Below, in pieces: positions 53,606 to 64,000 of a stretch of DNA of 64,000 bases (its first letter is position 1; the number at the start of each line of letters is the position of its first letter). The DNA is from Eledone cirrhosa (Eukaryota). Both the position numbers and the translations under genes were made by a program. The notes beneath the pieces were generated by a model that saw only the letters and a list, made by a program, of their open reading frames with translations, was not told the DNA's origin and ran no database searches. The stretch spans positions 6,200,001 through 6,264,000 of the forward strand of contig OZ024764.1 of NCBI GenBank assembly GCA_964016885.1, written 5' to 3'.

Positions 53606-54770
53606 TAGCGAAAATGGCCCGAGTGATTGGGCCTTCTCTGTATATAAACCTGTAGGTTGAAGAGGAGAGCAAAAGGAAGAAAGGGGCACTTGCACAACAC
53701 ACTCCTGGAGTTGAGGGTTGTTCTATCTACGGGGTATTAAACAACCCATTTGTGGGGCCTCCCCCCTATTGGGAATTTCGATTGTTGAATTTGTTTGTTA
53801 AAAAAACTTTTTTTACACGACTGTATGCAAAATCCCCGGCATGTGTTCTTGTATTGTCCCCTTTTCTTGTGCGCCCTTGTGGCTAATAAAGAAATATATC
53901 TATCTATCTATCACTTTAGAAGGAGAATCACGGTGGAGTGAGAGGCACTGCACCCCAGTAAATTTACTGAAAGGTGGGTGAATGTAGCGAAAATGGCCCG
54001 AGTGATTGGGCCTTCTCTGTATATAAACCTGTAGGTTGAAGAGGAGAGCAAAAGAAAGAAGGGAGCACTTGCACAACACACTCCTGGAGTTGAGGGTTGT
54101 TCTATCTACGGGGTATTAAACAACCCATTTGTGGCGTCTCCCCCCTATTGGGGATTTCGATCGTTATATTTGTTTGTTTCAATATTTTTACACGACTGTA
54201 TGTAAAATCCCCGGCATGTGTCTTTGTTTTGTCCCCCTTTCTCGTGCCCCCTTGTGGCAAATAAAGAAATATATCTATCTGTAGTCTATCTATCTCTCTT
54301 TCCTCTGTGTGATAGCTATGGCGAAAGAGGTTGTATGGTGGACAAGCTTAAAGGGGCTGAGGTCAGACACCTTTTTCTCCGGCCAACAACTGATTCTTTT
54401 TTTCAAATACCACTTTGGAAGAAGAGTCAGAAGTGAGAGAGAGGTGCTGTACCCCAGCAAGTTTTATGAAAGGTGGGTGAAAGTGGCGAGAATGGCCCGA
54501 GTGAATGGGCCTTCTCTCTATATCAGCCTGTAGGTTGAGGAAAAGGAGGAGGAGAGGAAAGGGGTACAAACTCTTCGTACTCCTGGAGATGAGGGTTGCA
54601 CATTTTTTCGGGGGTATGTGTTACCCATATGAAATGTCTCCCCCTATTGGGGAAAATCGATTAACTTTTAAATTGCATTTGTGATAGTATTTTACACGTT
54701 TTTATTGTATGTAAACTTCCCCCTTTGTATTTGTCCCTTTCTTTTGTGCCCCTGTAGCTAATAAAGAAAC
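53606..54770 (+). mobile_element. Three head-to-tail 5'-truncated L1/Tx1-like LINE 3' ends in a (TATC)n tract
   Basis: Copies at ~53606-53900, 53911-54270 and 54295-54770. Each ends AATAAAGAAA followed by TATC repeats. ORF end IAMAKEVVWW..KFYERWVKVARM resembles an L1/Tx1 ORF2 C-terminus. Confidence 0.65.
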
Positions 54771-55353
54771 ATATCTATCTGTCTATCTATATATCGATGT
54801 GTGTGTGTGTGTGCGTGCGCGCAAGTTGCTCTATCTGTATGTCTATATCTACTACACTGTGTGTGTGTGTGTGTGTGGGTTTATTCTACCATCCCATCAA
54901 ACAGCTATAACTTTTCTCTACAAGACACCAACACATCAAACATATACTGGAAGACATGTCAGTCGACCACTGTGTCTGTGTGTTCACGCCATCCCATCAA
55001 ATAGCAACAACTCATAACTTCTTCATATAGACATCAACTTTACATCTAGCCATCTGTCTATCTATCTACCTATCTTTCTATCTATATGTAGTCTACCTAT
55101 CTATATCTATCTATCTATTTTGTCTATCTACCTATATATCTATCTATCTATCTTTCTATCTATATGTAGTCTACCTATCTATATCTATCTATCTGTCTAT
55201 CTACCTATATACCTATATATCTATATCTATCTATCTATCTATCTGTCTATCTATCGATACATAGGTTTCTATGTGTTAGTGTGTATTTATCGATCTATTA
55301 GTGTGTGTGTGTGTGTGTTTCTGTCTCAATGTATCGGTGCGTGTGTATGTGTG

Positions 55354-55393
<40 letters not shown>

Positions 55394-55457
55394 TATGTGT
55401 GTCTGTATATATTTATATATATATATCTATATATCTATATCTATCGATGTATGTGTG

Positions 55458-55523
<66 letters not shown>

Positions 55524-56386
55524 TATGTGTGTCTATATATATATCTATCTATCGATGTATGTGTGTGTCTATCTATATAACGATGTATATGTGTGTGTGT
55601 GTGTGTGTATATCTAACGATGTATGTGTGTGTGTCTATCTGTGTGGGTCGTCACTCCATCACCACCATCTCTCACTGTGAGTGTGTGTGTTCACACCATC
55701 ACCGTCCAATACAGACACTTCTGTACCACCTCGACACCACCACCACCACCACACCACCAACACCACACCACCAACACCCACCCCCCACTACCACTACCAC
55801 TACCACCACACCATCAGCCCCGCCACCCCACCACCGTCACCATCATCACCACCAGCACCACCATACCACTACCCCCCTCACACAACACCACCCCACCACC
55901 ACAGACATGTAAGTTTCTCTCTGGCTGCTCTATTTCTTTACATGTGGCTTTCTAACACATCTTACTCCCCCCCTTCCCCGCCTCTTCTCCTCCTCCTCCT
56001 CCCTTTACCACATTACTTGTACATCTCTCTCTCTCTATATATATAATATATCTTCTCTCTCCCTCTCTCTCAATACACACACACCACACACACACACACA
56101 CCACACACCACACACACACACACACACACCACACACACCACACCACACACACACACACACCACACACACACACCACACACACACCACACAAACACCACAC
56201 ACACACACCACACACCACACCACACCACACACACACCACACACCACACCACACACACACACACGCACCACACACACACACCACACATACACACACCACAC
56301 ACGCACACGCATATTCCACTTCTGTCTCTTCACACTTCCTTCGTATCTGTTCCTCTTTTCGTCCTCATCAATATATACGTGTGTAT

Positions 56387-56417
<31 letters not shown>

Positions 56418-56504
56418 ATACACTCATATATATATATAAATATATATATATCAATACACCCCCTTCACCCTCAAAATATATGGGAAGAAGAGGAGGCGCT
56501 GTAT

Positions 56505-56535
<31 letters not shown>

Positions 56536-57256
56536 CGTACGTATGTATATATATGTGTGTATGTATGTATAATCTTCCCGCTGTCTCTTGACTCTTTCGT
56601 TTCATCTACTATCTATCTCTTCTCTACCTCACCTCATCAATACACACCCCCTATATATATATATACACATACATATATATATATATACATACACACCCTA
56701 CATATATATATATACACACACATATATATATAAATATACACATACATATATATATAAATATACACATACATATATATATAAATATACACATACATATATA
56801 TATAAATATACACATACATATATATATAAATATACACATACATATATATATATATATACACATACATATATATATATATAAATATACACATACATATATA
56901 TATATATATACACATACATATATATATATATATACACATACATATATATATAAATATACACATATATATATATATAAATATACACATACATATATATATA
57001 TAAATATACACATACATATATATATATATATACACATACATATATATATATAAATATACACATACATATATATATAAATATACACATATATATATATAAA
57101 TATACACATACATATATATATAAATATACACATATATATATATATATATATATACACCCTACATATATACACACACACACACATACATACATACATATAT
57201 ATATATACACACATACACATATATATACACACATACACACCCTACACATATATACC

Positions 57257-57295
<39 letters not shown>

Positions 57296-58513
57296 CGCTC
57301 TCTTTCTGTCTCTCTCCCTACAACTTTTACCCCTGTCAGCAACTCTTTTGAAGAAGGTGACAGGGTGGTGTAGAACGAGGCTGTAGGAGTGATGGGTACA
57401 ACTCTGCTTCTTCATTAAAAAAGAAGGCCAACAAAAAAGAAAAACTTTCGTTTCTTTCTCGTCATTCTTCCTTCTTTCTTCCTTCAACTGTTTCCTTCTC
57501 CACCTTCCACCTCCCCGCCACCCCCTACATCACTTTAGTCAGCCTCAGCCTCTCTCTCTCTCTCTACTACTTATCTTCTCCCCGCCTTCACCTTCTCAAC
57601 TACTAATGCCACCTCCATTCTCTCTCTTTCTATTTAATTATCTCTCTCTCTCTCTTTCTATTTAATTATCTCTCTCTCTCTCTTTCTATTTAATTCTCTC
57701 TCTCTCTCTCTCTATTTAATTCTCTCTCTCTCTCTCTATTTAATTATCTCATCTGCCTCTCTCTCCGTTCTTTCTTCTTTGCCTATCTTTCTGTTTCTCT
57801 CTCTAATCTCTCTTTCTTTCTCTCTTTGTCTTTGTCTCTCTCTCTCTCCCTTTCTGTCTCGCTCTGTTATTCTGTCTCTCTCTTCCTGTGTCTCCATTCT
57901 TCCATAATCCCTCCCCTCCCCCCTATTCTTGCCCTCATCTTTACTGTTTGTCTCACCCTCCCCTCTACCAATTTCTACGACCGTTATCTAACCCTCTCTC
58001 TCTCTCTCTTTCACCCCTCCCTCCCTCTCTCTGTCTGTCTCCACACTTCTATAATTTTTCCCCTCCCTCCTTCTCTCCGTACCTTCCTCTATCTACTCTC
58101 TCTCTTCTTCCATCCTCCTCATTCTTTCCCCCACCCACCTACACCACCCTCCCTACACCACCGCCCTCCCTACACCACCACCCTCCCCCGCCACCGCCAT
58201 CATCATGACTTATCGACAAAAATTTTATCAAAAAATGTGAAAAAAAAAAACAACTACCACAACAACAACAACAACAACAAGAAATGACACCGATTCTTTG
58301 TTAATTTCAATAAAGTACTTCGTAATGTCTCATACCAACACCACCGCCGCCACCTCTGTCACCACCGCCACCACTTCCCTTACTACAGTTACCGCCGCCG
58401 CCATCACCACCACCACTACCTCTTACTGTCACCCTTACTGCCGTCGCCGCCACCATTATCACTACGTTACGAAGTACTTATTGAAATAAAGTCGAAGAGG
58501 AGGCAACACACAT

Positions 58514-58544
<31 letters not shown>

Positions 58545-60357
58545 CATATGTCTGTGTGTATATATATATATCTGTATGTGTGTGTGTGTGTTGCCTCCAC
58601 TTCGACTTACGCTCTATCTGTCTTACTATGTCCCTCTCACATCGTGATCGGTACTATATCTATCTATCTATCACTCTCTATATCTATCTATCTATTTATC
58701 TATGTAATTATCGCCCTTATCGACACTGATTCACTATATATGTCTATATGTTTAATATCTATCTATCTATCACTTTCTCTCTCTCAGTCAATGTCTTACC
58801 CTATCGCTTTCTCCCTCTCTGGCTCTCTAATCGACTCACCCTCTATATTATCTATATATCTATTATTGCCTCCCCCTCTCTCTCTCTTTTTCTCTTTTTC
58901 CTCTATCTTTTTTTATCACTCCATCATCGACAACGACTTCGACCCTCTCCCCTTCTCTCTCTTTCTCGTATGCATCATCCAATCACTCTTTCTCTATCTC
59001 TCTCTCTCTCTCTCCCCTCTCACCTACTCATCGTCCAATCACTTTCTCTCACTCTCATCACCTATCTATCACCTCCCTCCTGCTATAGCCTCCCCCTACC
59101 TATAATCTATCACCTCCCTCCTATAGCCTCCCCCTACCTATAATCTATCACCTCCCTCCTGCTATAGCCTCCCCCTACCTATAATCTATCACCTCCCTCT
59201 TGCTATCACCCCCCCCCCCACCTATAATCTATCACCTCCCTCCTTCCTGCTATCGCCTCCCCCTACCTATAATCTATCACTTTGCTCTCTCTCCCCCTCT
59301 CTCGTACGCATTATCCAATCGCCCCCTCCCTCCTCCCCCTCTCCTAGACATTATCCAATCACTCTCTCTCTCTCTCTCTCTCTATCCCTCCCTTACTCAT
59401 CTTCTATCTATCACTTCTTCCCTACCTATAATCTATCACTTCCCCTCTCTCCTACGCATTATCCAATCAATTTCTCCCTCTGTCTCTCTCTCTCATATCT
59501 AGTATATATCACTCCCCCCTCTCCCCACCTTTAATCTATAACGTTCTTTCTCTTACGTACACTCTCTCTCTCTCTCCCCCCCTCTAATAATTATCTATCT
59601 ATCACTTCCTCCCTCTCTCTCTCCCCCTCTAATAATTATCTATCTATCACTTCCTCCCTCTCTCTCGATCATTAATTGCCTCCCCCCTCTTTCTCTATTT
59701 ATCACTTCCTCGCTCCTTCATCGACAATTTCCCCTTCTCTCACAGTTATACTCTCTCTCTTTCATCGACCCACCCTATCTATCACTTCCTCCCCTTCCTG
59801 TACATTATTTACTCTCTCCGTCTTATCGACTATCTATTAATCTATCTATCACCCTCATCCCCTCTCTTTTCTCCATCTAATTCACCATTTACTCTCTCCC
59901 TATCCCTCTTTTATTGACTTTTAATCTATCACTTTCTCTCCCTGCGCCTCTTTCATCGACTACCTATCAATCTATCTATCACTTCCTTTCCCTCCCTTTT
60001 CGACATCGACTGACACTCAATTATTTTCTCCCCCTCTCATCGTCTGCTTCACCCTCTTTCTTTCACCCTCCCCTTCTTTCATCGACTGACTATCTATCAT
60101 CTATCTATCACTTCCTCTTCCCTTCCCTCATCGACATCGACTCACACACAATTATCTCCTCTCCCTCCCCCTCTCATCGACTGCCTCCCCCTCTCTCACT
60201 CACCTTACACTCTCTCTATCTCTATCATTATATTCCTATACACACACTAAACTTCTAAAAACACTTTTGCCGTTTTTCTTTAACAGAAAACAACAAACTT
60301 TTTATATATATTTATATATATATACATATATATATATACACACACCTATACCTATAA

Positions 60358-60400
<43 letters not shown>

Positions 60401-61129
60401 ACAAACAAACAATTATATATATACACATCAAACTTTTTCTACTTGTTAATCATCGCGGTGATATACATACATGCATCTATATATATCTATAGATTTTATT
60501 GTATATAGTTATCTATAATATATACATAGATCTATATCTATACGTTATTACTGTGTATATATTATCATATATATATATATATTTATTTTTGTACCTTACA
60601 CAAACTTATATAAAAGTAAGTATTGCCTCTTTTATTTATCTCTATATATATATTGACATCTACCGTTATATTATTTTATTACTATTGCTATTATTGTTTT
60701 TTATTATTACTGTTATTAATATGTATAGTTAGGTTGGTTGTTCTCCTCACCTCATCCGATCTTGCAAAAGTTCACTTTTTTGAAAAAAAATCGATAATTG
60801 ATACACAAGCTTTGCACCATCCACCATCGAATCAAAAACTTTATATTGCTTATCTCATCTCGCTTTCATCTCTCTCTATTCTTCCGTTGTACCATTTAAA
60901 AAATTCGATTATTGATAACATATACTTACACACACATACACACACATATATATATATATACACACATATATACACACTTACACACAGATAAGCGGGGGGC
61001 TTTAACGCCACAGCATCAACAGATCAAACTATTTTATCCTTGCTTTCTTCCTCACCTCGCCCCACCCCTCTTCCTCTGACCCCCCTCCCCCCACCACCCA
61101 TCCTTAGATAATTCAGTCACATCCACCCA

Positions 61130-62910
61130 GAGCGAGGCATGAATGTCACTACATCACCACACCAAACTTTTTATTGTCTTCGTTTAAACATCATTTCCGT
61201 CTCTCCTCTTCTTCCTGTAGAAAAAGAGTTCCCTTAAAAGATCGATAAGTATTGATACAGGCAGACGCACACGGCGAGGCATGCATGTCATCACAACACC
61301 ACACGACACTTTTTTTTCACTTCTTTCTCCGATGTTAGTGGGGGTGGGTGGGGTGGGGTGTAGGGAAGTTCACTTCTATAAAATAAACTTCGATAATTGC
61401 TATTGATACATGGAGACAGTGAAGGAGGTATGGCACCACAGCAAACTTTTAATAAACTGCATCTCATCTTTCTCCCGCCCCGACTCGCTTCTATCTCCCT
61501 CCAGATAATTGATACATCATGGTGCGGCATGAACGTCACAACATCACAGTAAACCTTTTACAGCTTCCTTTTCTTCCAAATATTTGTTATATATATTTAT
61601 ATATTTATATATATTTATATATATATACACACGCATGGTGAGGCATGGCATCAGCAAACTTTTATTAAACTGCATCTCGTCTTTCTCCCGCTCCGACTGT
61701 TCCTCTTTATAGATACAGACATAGACACACATGGCGAGGCATGGATGTCACAACATCACAGCTTCCTCCTCTTCCAGATAATTGGTACAGACTTAGACGA
61801 CACACATGGCGAGGCATGAGTGCCACAACATCACAACTTCCCCTCTTCCAGATAATTGGTACAGACAGACGACACACACGGCGAGGCATGAGTGCCACAA
61901 CATCACAGCTTCCCCTCTTCATAATTGGTACAGACTTAGACGACACACATGGCGAGGCATGGATGTCACAACATCACAGCTTCCTCCTCTTCCAGATAAT
62001 TGGTACAGACATATACACATAGCGAGGCATGAATGTCACAACATCACAGCAAACTTTTTACAGCTTCCTCTTCCGCCAGATAATTGATAGACACACAGTG
62101 AGGCATGAATGCCACTACATCACAGCAAACTGTTTACAGCTTCCTCTTCCGCCAGATAATTGATAGACACACAGTGAGGCATGAATGCCACTACATCACA
62201 GCAAACTGTTTACAGCTTCCTCTTCCGCCAGATAATTGATAGACACACAGTGAGGCATGAATGCCACTACATCACAGCAAACTTTTTACAGCTTCCTCTT
62301 CCGCCAGATAATTGATAGACACACAGCTAGGCATGAATGTCACTACATCACAGCAAACTTTTTACAGCTTCCTCTTCCGCCAGATAATTGATACACACAC
62401 AGCGAGGCATGAATGTCACAACATCACAGCTTCCTTCTCTTTCAGATAATTGATACAGACATATACACAGCAGCGAGGCATGAATGTCACAACATCACAG
62501 CAAACTTTTTACATCTTCCTCTTCCGCCAGATAATTGATAGACACACAGCAGCGAGGCATGAATGTCACTACATCACAGCAAACTTTTTACATCTTTCTC
62601 TAACCCTTCCTCATTCACATAATTTACATACATACATAGACACGCATACGCGGCGAGGCATGGTTGTCACAACATCACAACAAACTTTTTATTCTCTCTC
62701 TCTCCCTGAAATTCGCTTTGAAAAAAAGTTCGATGATTGATTCAGTGAGACAGGGCGAGGCATGAACGCCACAGCGCATCATATCAAACTTAATTTCTCT
62801 GCTTTTCTCTCTCCACCCCTTTCAAAAAGTTTGGCGAAAGTTTTGTAAACTTTGGGACTTTTACCGTCGGTTTGTATCGATAATGCATGAAAGCCACCAC
62901 ATCACTGCAT
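61130..62910. repeat. Irregular repeat of GCGAGGCATGAATGTCACAACATCACAGC core (~20 copies)
   Basis: Cores at 61131, 61273, 61522, 61637, 61733 ... 62652, 62754. Spacing is ~70-75 bp centrally and longer at the edges. Confidence 0.85.
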
Positions 62911-62925
62911 ACATACTCACACATA

Positions 62926-62976
<51 letters not shown>

Positions 62977-63854
62977 TACATATATATATATATACATACA
63001 CACACAACAAGCACCAACATTTAATTAGTTCTCTCCTCCCGTTACCAACTTCTCATCTGTTACTCTCTCTGGTAACCTACCCTCTCGTCATCTCACTGCC
63101 TTTCTCTCTCTCTCTCTCCGTTACCCTGTCCTTAACTCTTTATCTGCTACCCTCTCGTTATATCACTTTCTCCCCCTCTCTCCCTCTCTCTGCTACCCTC
63201 TCCTTATCCTACTCTTTCCTTATCCTACTCTTTCTCTGCTACCCTCTCGTTATCCTACTCTTTCTCTGCTACCCTCTCGTTATCTCGCTCTCTTTGTCTC
63301 TCTTTGTTACTCCCTTTCTCTGCTACACCTCGTTATATCACTTTCTTTCTCTCTCTCTCTCTCTCTCACCCTCTCCTTATCTCTCCCATTCACTGTTGTC
63401 CCCACCACCACCCTCAACCTCCTCCCTCCACTCCAACATGTCTCCTCCCCCCTCACACCTACGTCTGTTCTCTACAATTATTTTGTGTCAAGGAATTACG
63501 CTAACCATCTTTCCATCTTCTTTTCTCATCTCATCATCCGTTATATATATATATATATTTCGTATTTCGTTCTAGACTGACTTCCATGCCTCTTTCTACC
63601 TCCACCTTCCTCTTATCATAACTTATATTTACACACACACACACACACACATATATATACACTAACAGATATATATATATATATAATGAAAACGGACACA
63701 CTCCATCATCTTTGCACCTTCTTCCATTCTAAGTCGATCAAGCCCCAAATACTAGTAATACCATCTTGATTTACTCACACACACACACTTCATCATTTCT
63801 GCACCCCATTCTAAGTCGATCACCCCCAAAAGTACCAGTAATACCCTCTGGTTT

Positions 63855-63890
<36 letters not shown>

Positions 63891-64000
63891 GCAGAGTTTA
63901 TATTTAATTTGTTGGGATTCAACAAGCTTAAACATTTTTATAACTAATATAAAGCACTCAACAATTAGTGGAGTAAATATACAATATATTAACAAATGGA

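Noticed and set aside
61130-62910. CRISPR-like repeat/spacer appearance
   Set aside because: Linkers are homologous to each other and variable in length, the context is eukaryotic, and there are no cas genes.

Overview
Repeat-saturated eukaryotic (animal) DNA. The tRNA-SINE and RTE families and the extreme microsatellite density resemble octopod cephalopod genomes (inference from recalled repeat sequences, no search run). Only one convincing host-gene exon is present: a 111-bp phase-0/phase-0 exon at 15483-15593 (+) encoding [37 protein letters not shown], the equivalent of exon 2 of CUX1/CASP. The window is therefore probably the end of intron 1 plus part of a very long intron 2. Nearly all ORF-track entries are translations of microsatellites or TE debris. 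The most interesting layer is RNA structure. There are about 9 intact-looking and several decayed type-I hammerhead ribozyme motifs of the Penelope-like (PLE) kind. Three loci are outward-facing inverted repeats. Six loci with largely different stem II sequences share a 3-bp + C-Y mismatch + long helix architecture with compensatory changes. Other observations: a ~600-bp near-identical inverted TE pair bracketing the exon, a SINE with its RTE LINE partner, a 5'-inverted RTE, a (TATC)n-associated L1/Tx1-like element, a (TA)n-inserting element with a swappable terminal hairpin, and many minisatellites seeded from TE interiors, including a 4.5-kb SINE-derived 95-bp array.
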